The notes beneath the pieces were generated by a model. It had not been told where the DNA came from. It worked only from the letters and a program-made list of their open reading frames with translations, and ran no database searches. Positions 38,505 to 47,742 of a stretch of 64,000 nt of DNA are shown in pieces (the first letter of the stretch is position 1; the number at the start of each line of letters is the position of its first letter). The stretch is taken from the NCBI GenBank assembly GCA_964586515.1, contig CAZPGJ010000004.1, positions 85,701-149,700 of the forward strand. Direction: 5' to 3'. A program made the position numbers and the translations under genes. Source of the DNA: an uncultured Dehalococcoidales bacterium. GTDB lineage: Bacteria > Chloroflexota > Dehalococcoidia > GIF9 > AB-539-J10.

Positions 38505-39356
38505 TTATAAAGCCCTTAGCTTGTCTATTAATCCTTCTACAGCTTCGTCTGGGGTGGATGCTCCGGCAGTAATACCAATGTGGTGCTTGCCCACGAGCCA
38601 GGAAGTGTCGACTTCATCTGCTGTTTCTACCAAATGAGTTTCCACCAAAGGAGAGCATATTTCAACAAGGTGTTTGGCATTGGCACTATTACCTCCGCCT
38701 ATCACTATCATGAGTTGACTCTGGCGAGCTAATTTTAGGGCAGCTTCTTGTTGACCCTGTGTTACTTTACATAAAGTATTAACCAGGCGCACTTCCTCAA
38801 TATCAGGCCCAACCATTCCCATAAGCTGTCTGACAAAGTTGACAAAGGCAGATTGGGTTTGGGTTGTCTGGGAGATAATGCCCAGGTGTGATAGTGATTT
38901 TCCTGAGCTGTATATTTGCTTCACGTCGAGGGCAGCTATGCCTTTGTCTCCTATCCAACCTAGTAGTCCTTTGACCTCAGAATGCTCTGCGTCTCCAAAT
39001 ATGAGAACGTCAAAACTAGCGTCGGCTAATTCTCTGGCTGCGTTTTGAGCTTTGCGGACTATGGGACAAGTAGTGTCAATGATGTGAATGTGATGGGCTT
39101 TGATCTTAGATAATACCGCTGGGCTTGCACCATGAGTTGTGATAGCCAGGATTCTGCCTTGGGCTTGGTCGAGATGATTTATGGGCTTTACTCCTAGATT
39201 GACTAATGCTTCCACTAGCAGGCGATTGTGTGCTACAGGTCCCAGCGTTTCTATTTCTCCATATTTGTTAGCTGCCTCCTTCAATAACTTGATGGCCCGT
39301 CTGACACCGAAGCACAGGCCCAGTTTCTCAGCCTTCTCAATCTTCATGTTTTTCAT
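38505..39356 (-). CDS. ispH: 4-hydroxy-3-methylbut-2-enyl diphosphate reductase
   Basis: 283 aa LytB; three-Cys Fe-S ligands; GFCFGVRRA-like N-terminus. Confidence 0.9.
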   Translation of the reverse strand: MKNMKIEKAEKLGLCFGVRRAIKLLKEAANKYGEIETLGPVAHNRLLVEALVNLGVKPINHLDQAQGRILAITTHGASPAVLSKIKAHHIHIIDTTCPIVRKAQNAARELADASFDVLIFGDAEHSEVKGLLGWIGDKGIAALDVKQIYSSGKSLSHLGIISQTTQTQSAFVNFVRQLMGMVGPDIEEVRLVNTLCKVTQGQQEAALKLARQSQLMIVIGGGNSANAKHLVEICSPLVETHLVETADEVDTSWLVGKHHIGITAGASTPDEAVEGLIDKLRAL

Positions 39357-39987
39357 AGTCGCCTTGATATTCGGGTGGCAAAAGAGCAGCGATTTCTCTC
39401 ATCAGCTGTGTTGTCAATAATTGCATTTGTGACTTGCTCATCCTGCCAGAGGTTGAAGGTAGCTTAAATGGCTTGCCAATGTTGACAACTATGCGAGGAC
39501 GTTTCCATAGCCAGCTTATGCCCCTAATCTTGTCTGTTCCGACGATGCCGACAGGAAGGAGTGGCGTATTTGTTTTTGAGGCTATAACTGCAGAGCCTGG
39601 TTTGCCTTTTCTGAGTTTGCCGTCGTGACTTCTGCCGCCCTCCGGGAACATTCCCAGGATTAGTCCCATTTCCAATGCATCTCTGGCACTCTTAAGTATC
39701 TTCTGTTTCTCTCTAACCTTCCCTTCACGGTGTATGGAAACGGAGCCAGCCCAGCGAAGCCAAAATCTCAAGAAGGGAGAGCGGAAGAGTTCCTCTTTTG
39801 CCATGAAATTAATCCATCGCGGAAGGCTAAATGCGAGAAAAATTGGGTCGAGGACATGAACATGGTTGGCTATCAAAATCAATGGGCCGGTTAATGGTAC
39901 ATTTTCTCTTTCTTCGGCTTTCCATGAAAAAAGAATATTAAGCAGAGGTCTGCATAAAGCTAGGAGAAACTTTTGAGAGGGGGTCAT
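39337..39987 (-). CDS. plsC: 1-acyl-sn-glycerol-3-phosphate acyltransferase
   Basis: NHVHVLD (HX4D) and FPEGGRS motifs. Confidence 0.8.
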   Translation of the reverse strand: MTPSQKFLLALCRPLLNILFSWKAEERENVPLTGPLILIANHVHVLDPIFLAFSLPRWINFMAKEELFRSPFLRFWLRWAGSVSIHREGKVREKQKILKSARDALEMGLILGMFPEGGRSHDGKLRKGKPGSAVIASKTNTPLLPVGIVGTDKIRGISWLWKRPRIVVNIGKPFKLPSTSGRMSKSQMQLLTTQLMREIAALLPPEYQGDYEKHED

Positions 39988-40739
39988 AGATTTACCGCCA
40001 GAGTATATATTTTATCTACAACTTGTTCCAGCGTAAAGTTTTCTGTATTGATAATTATGGCATCTTCAGCGGGTTTAAGCGGCGAGATGGTTCTATGGAT
40101 ATCCATCTCATCTCGCTTTTTTAAATCGGCGAGGACGATTTCCAAGCTCGAATTCTCTCCTCGTTCTAATAGTTCCTTGTAGCGGCGCCTGGCTCTCTCC
40201 TCGGTGGAGGCGGTGAGGAAAATCTTTAATTCCGTCCAAGGTAAGACTACCGTGCCAATGTCTCTACCTGCCATCACTACTTTTCCTCGCTGGGCTAACC
40301 TGCGCTGTTCCAGTATCAGTGTTTGGCGTACCCCCACTATCTTCGATACTAGGGAAACGTGTGCCTCTACCTCAGGGCAAAGCAGATGGGAGGAGACATC
40401 TTCATCATCAATGATGGGCGAGAGATGCCATCCCTGTAAGGGAACAAAATCAAATTTAGTGGTATTGGCCAACTGACAAATCTTTTGTTCGTCCTTTATG
40501 GAGATACCTGATTTGAGAACCTTCCAGGTAAACGCTCGATACACCATCCCTGTATCGAAGAAAACATAGCCCAATCTTCTTGCTAGCAGTGAGCCGACAC
40601 TACTCTTACCGACTGCCACAGGGCCGTCGATAGCAATTAGCTGTGGTTTCAAATTCCCCTCCATAATATCATTCTGAGCCAGGCTGTCACAAGCTTTTAC
40701 CTCAAGGAACTTGGAAAGAGCCAGTAGCGGCTCAAACAT
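39984..40739 (-). CDS. cmk: cytidylate kinase (possible internal start at about 40664)
   Basis: IAIDGPVAVGKSS P-loop. Confidence 0.85.
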   Translation of the reverse strand: MFEPLLALSKFLEVKACDSLAQNDIMEGNLKPQLIAIDGPVAVGKSSVGSLLARRLGYVFFDTGMVYRAFTWKVLKSGISIKDEQKICQLANTTKFDFVPLQGWHLSPIIDDEDVSSHLLCPEVEAHVSLVSKIVGVRQTLILEQRRLAQRGKVVMAGRDIGTVVLPWTELKIFLTASTEERARRRYKELLERGENSSLEIVLADLKKRDEMDIHRTISPLKPAEDAIIINTENFTLEQVVDKIYTLAVNL

Positions 40740-40896
40740 ATTGGGTGAGATTATACTAGAAAATTCCTGGAATGGAGATGCAATGGACTGGCGAATCTTA
40801 GCGGTAACTTCGCGAGTTCAAGGATTTGCCTTAGTTGTGAATTCAGTTTAAAATAACTTTCTTTGCAAAGAGTTTGATTTGTGAGGAGGAATTCAT

Positions 40897-42450
40897 ATGG
40901 GCAGAGTTGCCGATCGGTTGAAGGAACTGAAGGACAAAGAAGGAAAGCTAAAAGCCTTGGGAGGTCTGGAGCGGGTAGAAAAGCAACACAAATCGGGAAA
41001 GTTAACTGCTCGTGAAAGGCTCGACCTGCTTTTTGACCCTGGCAGCTTTCACGAGCTTGATTTGTTTGTTCAGCATCGAGCCACGCTCTTTGGCATGGAT
41101 AAGGTTGTCGTCCCCGCAGAAGGAGTTGTTACCGGATATGGGACGGTAAATGGTCGCCCTGTATGTGCTTTTTCCCAGGACTTTACCTCCATGGGAGGAA
41201 CATTAGGCGAGATGCATGCTAAAAAGATATGCAAGGTAATGGATTTAGCCATGAAGTGTGGTGTTCCCATAGTAGGCTTTAACGACTCTGGAGGGGCTCG
41301 AATTCAGGAAGGTGTTGATGCCCTTTCAGGCTATGGGCAGATATTTTTCCGGAATTCTGCAGCCTCAGGGGTTATACCGCAACTGTCGGCAATTATGGGG
41401 CCTACTGCCGGAGGGGCAGTCTATTCACCGGCCATGACAGATTGGGTGTTTATGACAAAGGGGACAAGTTACATGCACATTACCGGCCCAGCAGTTATCA
41501 AACAGGTTACCGGGGAAGAGATCACCTCTGAGAAGCTAGGCGGTGCCATGACTCATGCCGCTAAAAGCGGTGTATGCCATTTTGTATGTGATAGCGATGC
41601 CCAGGCTATCGAATTCATTAAAAAACTTCTGAGTTACCTTCCCTCAAGTAATAATGGAGACCTCCCTTTAGTTAAGACTACCGATGACACAAACCGGGTT
41701 GACCCTGCCCTTGACACCATAATCCCAGATGAGCCCAACAAGGTCTATAATATGAGGGATGTTATCCAATCCATTGTGGATAACGGCGAAATACTTGAGC
41801 CCCATTATCATTATGCTCAGAACGCCATTATTTGCTTTGCCCGGCTCAATGGTAGACCAGTGGGCGTTATCGCTAATCAACCGATGCATCTTGCCGGGTG
41901 TCTTGACGTCAATGCCTCGGATAAAATCACCCGATTTATCAGGTTCTGTGATGCCTTCAACATTCCACTGCTTACTATTGCCGATGTCCCAGGTTACTTA
42001 CCAGGGAAAGACCAGGAATGGCTGGGAATAATAAGACATGGAGCTAAGCTTTTGTGGGCTTACTCTGAGGCTACGGTTCCTAAAATCACTCTGGTCACTC
42101 GCAAAGACTATGGAGGTTCATATCTTGCCATGTGTAGTAGAGATCTAGGCGCTGATTTTGTTTTCGCCTGGCCCACAGCGGAGATTGCAGTGATGGGGGC
42201 TGAAGGGGCTACACCGATTATCTTTCGCAAGGAAATAGAGGCTGCGCCGGATCCTGAAGCCAAGGAGAAAGAAAAGATTCGGGAATATCGTGACCTGCTA
42301 TATAATCCTTACATTGCCGCCTCGCGGGGATATGTTGATGAAGTTATTCCACCCCATGAGAGCCGCCCTAAGATAATCAAAGCCTTGGAAGTTCTCTCTA
42401 CTAAACGAGAGATGAGACCTCCCAAGAAGCATGGCAATATTCCCATGTAA
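40897..42450 (+). CDS. acyl-CoA carboxylase carboxyltransferase subunit (propionyl-CoA carboxylase beta / transcarboxylase 12S-like)
   Basis: 517 aa with two crotonase-fold carboxyltransferase halves; N-terminal LERVEKQHKSGKLTARERL. Confidence 0.85.
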   Translation: MGRVADRLKELKDKEGKLKALGGLERVEKQHKSGKLTARERLDLLFDPGSFHELDLFVQHRATLFGMDKVVVPAEGVVTGYGTVNGRPVCAFSQDFTSMGGTLGEMHAKKICKVMDLAMKCGVPIVGFNDSGGARIQEGVDALSGYGQIFFRNSAASGVIPQLSAIMGPTAGGAVYSPAMTDWVFMTKGTSYMHITGPAVIKQVTGEEITSEKLGGAMTHAAKSGVCHFVCDSDAQAIEFIKKLLSYLPSSNNGDLPLVKTTDDTNRVDPALDTIIPDEPNKVYNMRDVIQSIVDNGEILEPHYHYAQNAIICFARLNGRPVGVIANQPMHLAGCLDVNASDKITRFIRFCDAFNIPLLTIADVPGYLPGKDQEWLGIIRHGAKLLWAYSEATVPKITLVTRKDYGGSYLAMCSRDLGADFVFAWPTAEIAVMGAEGATPIIFRKEIEAAPDPEAKEKEKIREYRDLLYNPYIAASRGYVDEVIPPHESRPKIIKALEVLSTKREMRPPKKHGNIPM

Positions 42451-42594
42451 GGAAGTTTAGCAAAGGAGCAATTGGAAAATAAAAAAGGAGCACTGGCTGC
42501 TATTACCGCTAACTGCTATCCCAGGCCGAAGCTATAAACGAGGCGAAGAGTCTAGTAAAGGGCCTGAATTTCTCGCGGAGTTTACCCTGAGCGG

Positions 42595-42660
42595 ATTAGA
42601 TTCTTCGCTTCGCTCAGAATGACAAAGAGCGAAGGACTCGGAATGTCGGGCAGCGTAAGG
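42595..42660. repeat. hairpin repeat GATTCTTCGCTTCGCTCAGAATGACAAAGAGCGAAG (AATGACA family)
   Basis: Near-identical 30-mer occurs inside mod at 14264-14295. Confidence 0.6.
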
Positions 42661-42687
42661 CTTGTAATAGTGAAAAGGAGATAATTC

Positions 42688-44232
42688 GTGAATGAACTAA
42701 GAAAGGGTTTCATCTTAGCTAAAGACTTGACCACTGGTAAGGTGAAGGCGAGGCCGAGAACTGAAAATCCGGTCAAAATTTGTGATACTACCTTTCGTGA
42801 TGGGCACCAATCCACATTGGCTACAAGGATGCGAACTGATGATATGGAATGGATGGCTCCTGAAATGAATAAATGTGGCTTCTACTCCATGGAGGTCTGG
42901 GGTGGGGCAACATTTGACGTAGCCCATCGCTTTTTGGGTGAGGATCCCTGGGACAGACCTCGCAAATTAAAGAAACTCATGCCTGATACTCCGCTACAGA
43001 TGCTTCTGAGGGGTCAGAATTTAGTCGCTTATCGAAATTACCCTGATGACTTGGTTGATGCCTTTGTGGAACAGGCTGCTGAGGTGGGCATTGATATTTT
43101 CCGTGTTTTCGATGCTGTGAATGACGAGCGCAATCATGAACGTGCCGCCCAGGCAATTAAGAAATGTGGCAAACATTATCAGGGAGCCATATGTTACTCG
43201 CTCACCCAGCCCAGGATGGGTGGGCTAATCTATAATCTGGAATACTATGTTAAAAAAGCTCTCGCCCTCCAAGACATGGGTGCTGACTCTATATGTATTA
43301 AAGACCAGGCTGGACTTATCTCCCCTTATGATGCCTATGAATTAGTCAAAGCCCTTAAGGAAAACTTAAAAGTACCTGTTGACCTCCATACCCACTACAC
43401 CACCGGGCAGGCATCCATGTCTGTGCTGAAGGCCATTGAGGCCGGGGTCGACATTGTTGACACCGCTTTGTCTCCCTTTGCTCTACGCTCCTCACAGCCG
43501 GCTATCGAGCCTCTGGTAGTTGCTCTATATGGCACAGACAGAGATACAGGGCTTGACATCGAACAACTATTCAATTGTGCTCAAATGTTGGAACAGATCG
43601 CGCCTAAGTACAGAGATTTTCTGGATACATCGGCCATGTCGGTCATCGATACTGGAGCTCTGCTGCATCAAATTCCTGGTGGCATGACCACGAACTTGGT
43701 AACGCAGCTCAAGCAAATGAATGCTCTGGATAAGCTAGCTGAGGTGCGAGAGGAAACTGCTAGAGTCAGGGCGGAATTTGGTTATCCACCTTTAGTTACA
43801 CCTACGAGCCAGATTGTTGGTGTCCAGGCAGTACAGAATGTCCTGATAGGGCACTATAAGCTCGTTTCTAAGGAGGCAAAAGAGTATGTATATGGGGGTT
43901 ATGGCAAGCCACCGGCTCAAATTGCCCCAGACATTCAGAAGACTATTCTTAAAGATAAGGTGCCTATCACCTGTCGGCCGGCAGACCTGCTCGAGCCAGA
44001 ACTGGAAAAAGATAGGGAAGAATCAAAAGAATTTGCTAAGAATATTCAAGATGTCCTTATTTATGCTCTTTACCCTACTACTGGTGCACGCTTCTTAAAT
44101 TATAAATATGGTATAGATAAGACCATCCCAGACGATTGGAAGCCACCCCATGCCCCCAAGACTCTTGAGGAGGTGAAAAGGGAGGATGAATTTATTACTC
44201 AAGTTAAAACTGGCAAGCTGAACGGAGGTTAG
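42688..44232 (+). CDS. pyruvate/oxaloacetate carboxyltransferase (transcarboxylase 5S-like), no biotinyl domain
   Basis: ICDTTFRDGHQS TIM-barrel carboxyltransferase; 514 aa with no C-terminal AMKM biotinylation motif. Confidence 0.8.
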   Translation: MNELRKGFILAKDLTTGKVKARPRTENPVKICDTTFRDGHQSTLATRMRTDDMEWMAPEMNKCGFYSMEVWGGATFDVAHRFLGEDPWDRPRKLKKLMPDTPLQMLLRGQNLVAYRNYPDDLVDAFVEQAAEVGIDIFRVFDAVNDERNHERAAQAIKKCGKHYQGAICYSLTQPRMGGLIYNLEYYVKKALALQDMGADSICIKDQAGLISPYDAYELVKALKENLKVPVDLHTHYTTGQASMSVLKAIEAGVDIVDTALSPFALRSSQPAIEPLVVALYGTDRDTGLDIEQLFNCAQMLEQIAPKYRDFLDTSAMSVIDTGALLHQIPGGMTTNLVTQLKQMNALDKLAEVREETARVRAEFGYPPLVTPTSQIVGVQAVQNVLIGHYKLVSKEAKEYVYGGYGKPPAQIAPDIQKTILKDKVPITCRPADLLEPELEKDREESKEFAKNIQDVLIYALYPTTGARFLNYKYGIDKTIPDDWKPPHAPKTLEEVKREDEFITQVKTGKLNGG

Positions 44233-44597
44233 GGAAAAAGCAATCTCCGAAAAAGAGCAGGCGTGAGAACCTTCAAATTTTTCATCGGAGATGATAAAAT
44301 GAGTATGAAAGCCGTGGAAAGTTCTCCAATTATCATTGTTTCTCCGCAAAGAATCGAGCAAGACTACAAATTGGATTATCATAAAGCTGCTAAAGTGACT
44401 GAGATTGTCACGTGGGCAGAAATCCGGGAGTAACCGGGCTTGCGAGCAAGATATGGAGCAAGCATTTATCGGACCTTTCCACGAGGTTCAAGAGGCGCTA
44501 GTTAAAGCAATTGAAAAGAAGAGAGAAAAGGCAAAGACCCTGTTCCCGACGGATGCTAGCCGCATTGTGCCAAAGGTAACAGGGCTAGAAAGGAATT

Positions 44598-44720
44598 GTC
44601 ATTGCGAGCAGCGAGATTCCTCGCTGCGCTTCGGAACAGGCTGCGCAATCCCGGAGATTGCCACGCTCCCGCCTGCCGAAGTCGTACGGCGAGCAGGCGG
44701 GCAGGTCGCTCGCAATGACA
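44598..44720. repeat. MITE-like element with terminal inverted repeats TTGTCATTGCGAGC ... GCTCGCAATGACAG
   Basis: 14-bp inverted termini about 110 bp apart; the 108-aa ORF across it is likely an artefact. Confidence 0.65.
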
Positions 44721-44736
44721 GGAAGCAGTAAAAAAG

Positions 44737-45582
44737 ATGAGGGAAATCGAAGCCAGTGATGTAACGAACACCGTAGCCCGTTTATTTGAACATTCCTGTC
44801 ATTATTTGCCTCCGGATGTGATAATTGCTCTGAAGCAAGCAAGGGAAAAAGAAAAATCTCCTGTTTGTCGTGATGTACTGGATAGAATCCTGGAGAATGC
44901 AAATATTGCCGGCAAGGAACAAATTCCTCTTTGTCAGGACACCGGTGCTGCCGTAGTCATGTTGGAGCTAGGTCAGGAAGTGCACATAAGCGGAGGTGAC
45001 CTTTACACAGCAGTCAACGAAGGAGTGCGCCAGGGGTATGATAAGGGTTATTTGCGTAAATCCATAGTGAGCCAGCCCTGTTTTGCCAGAGTAAACACTA
45101 AAGATAACACACCAGCCATGATTCATACCGATATAGTTTCTGGAGACAGGCTGAAAATCAGCATCTTGCCTAAGGGAGGTGGCTCAGAAAATTGTTCTCG
45201 TCTGACTGTGCTAACTCCAGCTAAGGGACGTCGGGGAGTGATAGATTTTGTCGTCAACCTTGTTGAAGAGGTTGGCAGCAATCCCTGTCCACCGGTTATC
45301 ATTGGGGTGGGCATAGGTGGGACGACGGACAAGGCCATGTTTATAGCCAAGAAGGCGCTGTTACGCAAACTTGGTGAGCCGAGTCCTGACCCTGAGGTTG
45401 CCGATTTAGAGAGGGAAATTCTGGAAAGAGTTAATAATCTGGGCATCGGTGCTATGGGCTATGGTGGCACAATTACTGCCTTAGCAGTTCATGTGGAAAC
45501 TTTCCCTTGCCACATTGCCAGCATGCCTGTAGCAGTCAACATGCAGTGCTGGTGTTCTCGCCATGAAGAGGCAATTCTGTGA
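44737..45582 (+). CDS. class I fumarate hydratase / L(+)-tartrate dehydratase alpha subunit
   Basis: 281 aa Fe-S hydro-lyase alpha; LCQDTGAAVV Cys ligands. Confidence 0.8.
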   Translation: MREIEASDVTNTVARLFEHSCHYLPPDVIIALKQAREKEKSPVCRDVLDRILENANIAGKEQIPLCQDTGAAVVMLELGQEVHISGGDLYTAVNEGVRQGYDKGYLRKSIVSQPCFARVNTKDNTPAMIHTDIVSGDRLKISILPKGGGSENCSRLTVLTPAKGRRGVIDFVVNLVEEVGSNPCPPVIIGVGIGGTTDKAMFIAKKALLRKLGEPSPDPEVADLEREILERVNNLGIGAMGYGGTITALAVHVETFPCHIASMPVAVNMQCWCSRHEEAIL

Positions 45583-45606
45583 AGCAATTGAAAGAATGAT
45601 AAGAGA

Positions 45607-46014
45607 ATGTCTGTAACCATTTCGCCCAAAAGGCTGCGCCGTGAGTTTGTAAGGAAAGTCAAGGAGCTCAGTGGACAAAACCTTCAGGTATGTTATCAAT
45701 GTGGTATGTGTTCCGGAAATTGTCCCGCGGCTTCCGATATGGACATTTCCCCTCGCCAGATTATTGAGCTGGCACGATTAGGGTTGGAAGAGGAAATTGC
45801 CAATTCTAAAACTGTTTGGATTTGTGCCTCTTGTCTTGCCTGTACTGTCAATTGCCCCAGAGGATTTGACCTCTCTAAGGTGATGGAGGCAATAAGGCTT
45901 CTCACCCTGAGGAAAAATATTGACCATATACGCCCCGAGGATATTTCACCACGAGAACGCTGCGAACTTCCTCAAATAGCCATGGTCAGTGGCTTGAGGA
46001 AGTTTACCGGCTAA
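45607..46014 (+). CDS. HdrC-like 4Fe-4S dicluster protein
   Basis: CYQCGMCSGNCP and CASCLACTVNCP. Confidence 0.7.
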   Translation: MSVTISPKRLRREFVRKVKELSGQNLQVCYQCGMCSGNCPAASDMDISPRQIIELARLGLEEEIANSKTVWICASCLACTVNCPRGFDLSKVMEAIRLLTLRKNIDHIRPEDISPRERCELPQIAMVSGLRKFTG

Positions 46015-46025
46015 AGAAATAAAAA

Positions 46026-46904
46026 ATGAGCTTAGCTTATTACCCTGGATGTACCTTGAAAACCAAGGCCAGGAATCTGGAGGAGCCGGCTGTGGCTTCG
46101 ATGGAAGTTTTGGGATTTAAGTTAGAGGAGATTCCCAGGTGGAACTGCTGTGGTGCAGTTTATTCTTTGGCTGAAGATGATTTAATCCATCAGGTAGCAC
46201 CTGTTCGCAACCTCATCCGAGTAAAGGAACAAGGGAAAGATAAGCTAGCTACGTTATGTGCTTTCTGCTTTAATACTTTAAAGAGAGCCAATCTTTTAAT
46301 GAAAGAAAATACAGAAAAAAGGAATACTCTTAATAGCTTTATGGATGAGGAGATAGATTATAGTGGCGAGGTAAAGGTAGTGCATCTTTTAGAGGTATTG
46401 AGAGATGAAATAGGATGGGAAGCTCTTGCTCAGAAGGTAAAACTCCCTATCCGGGAATTAAAAGTAGCCCCTTATTATGGGTGTACCCTGCTTCGCCCCC
46501 GGGAGGTAGCTATAGATAGTGTAGAGAACCCTACCATCTTACGAGAGTTTCTTAAAGCTCTCGGAGCTAGTCCCGTTGATTTTCCTGAATCCACGAGGTG
46601 TTGTGGGTCTTATCAAATAATAAGTAATCCAGATGGTATTTCTGAGTATGCGCGGGCTATCTTAAACTCGGCATTGAGTCATGGAGCAGAAGCCTTGGTT
46701 CTCACCTGCCCGTTATGTGATTATAATTTGGGCCAGGGGCAGAAAGAATTGATGACGAAACATGGCGGATTTAAAGGGGTGCCGCTATTCTATTTTACAC
46801 AACTTCTGGCTCTTGCTTTGGGACTCAATCCTCAGATATGTCATTTTGAGCTAAACTATGGTAGACCGGAATCACTTCTGAGGGAAAAGGGCTGGCTTTC
46901 TTAA
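46026..46904 (+). CDS. HdrB-like protein with two CCG domains
   Basis: Cysteine-rich CCG-domain motifs NCCGAVY and TRCCGSYQ. Confidence 0.75.
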   Translation: MSLAYYPGCTLKTKARNLEEPAVASMEVLGFKLEEIPRWNCCGAVYSLAEDDLIHQVAPVRNLIRVKEQGKDKLATLCAFCFNTLKRANLLMKENTEKRNTLNSFMDEEIDYSGEVKVVHLLEVLRDEIGWEALAQKVKLPIRELKVAPYYGCTLLRPREVAIDSVENPTILREFLKALGASPVDFPESTRCCGSYQIISNPDGISEYARAILNSALSHGAEALVLTCPLCDYNLGQGQKELMTKHGGFKGVPLFYFTQLLALALGLNPQICHFELNYGRPESLLREKGWLS

Positions 46905-46951
46905 GGTGAAAGCTTTTACCCCCTGATTGAATCAGGGGTTGGGGGTTAAGA

Positions 46952-47734
46952 ATGAGCGCCAAAAAGAAAAGTAAAGATCCGGCAAAAACAGCGGTTAAGG
47001 AAAAAAGACAAGTAGCGGCCAAGCTGATTCCGATATATATCATGGGCAAGCGCTACGAAGTTCCTGAAGGGCTTACTATTATGAAAGCCATGGAATATGC
47101 TGGCTATAAATTCATTCGAGGTTGTGGATGTCGAGGGGGGACCTGCGGTGCCTGCGGTACGGTTTATCGTAAGCCTGGCGATTATAAATTGCAGGTAGCG
47201 CTTGCTTGTCAGAAGACAATCGAGCCAGAGATGTATATGGCCCAGATACCATTTTTCCCTGCTAACCGAGCCCAATATGAATTTGCCGAGTTGACACCTG
47301 TCCCAGAAGAGGTTTTTAAACTATATCCTGAGCTATTCCGCTGTGTGGCCTGCAATGCCTGCACCAAGGCTTGCCCGCAGGGAATAGAGGTCATGGATGC
47401 CATCTCAGCTTTGAAACAGGGGAATATCGCCGAGGCTGCGCGACTTAGTTTTGATTGTATCCAATGTGGGTTATGCACCAGTCGCTGCTTTGGGGAGTTA
47501 GCTCAGTATCATATGTTCCAACTCGCGCGCAGAATTTACGGAGCCAGAATTATCCTCAGGGCAGAACATTTAGCCGAAATGGTAAGAAAAATTAACGAAG
47601 GAAGGTATGACCAAATTCTAGATGAGTTGAAGCAGGTGAAGGAGGATGAGCTGAAAAAGTTGTATCAGGAACGGGAGGCGGAGCCAATGGCAGCTGGCGA
47701 GGATTGGAAACCAAAAGATACAAGATACCTATAG
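46952..47734 (+). CDS. succinate dehydrogenase/fumarate reductase iron-sulfur subunit
   Basis: 2Fe-2S motif CGCRGGTCGACG and ferredoxin motifs CVACNACTKACP / CIQCGLCTSRC. Confidence 0.8.
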   Translation: MSAKKKSKDPAKTAVKEKRQVAAKLIPIYIMGKRYEVPEGLTIMKAMEYAGYKFIRGCGCRGGTCGACGTVYRKPGDYKLQVALACQKTIEPEMYMAQIPFFPANRAQYEFAELTPVPEEVFKLYPELFRCVACNACTKACPQGIEVMDAISALKQGNIAEAARLSFDCIQCGLCTSRCFGELAQYHMFQLARRIYGARIILRAEHLAEMVRKINEGRYDQILDELKQVKEDELKKLYQEREAEPMAAGEDWKPKDTRYL

Positions 47735-47742
47735 GAGGCGAG

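Noticed and set aside
44289-44432. 47-aa ORF (MSMKAVESSPIIIVSPQRIEQDYK...) considered as a possible biotin carboxyl carrier for the adjacent carboxyltransferases
   Set aside because: It has no AMKM/EAMKM biotinylation motif and is too short for a biotinyl domain.
44405-44731. 108-aa ORF between the 5S carboxyltransferase and fumarase alpha
   Set aside because: Its C-terminal two-thirds is a translation of the MITE-like inverted-repeat element (GTCATTGCGAGC...GCTCGCAATGAC), so a real protein is unlikely.
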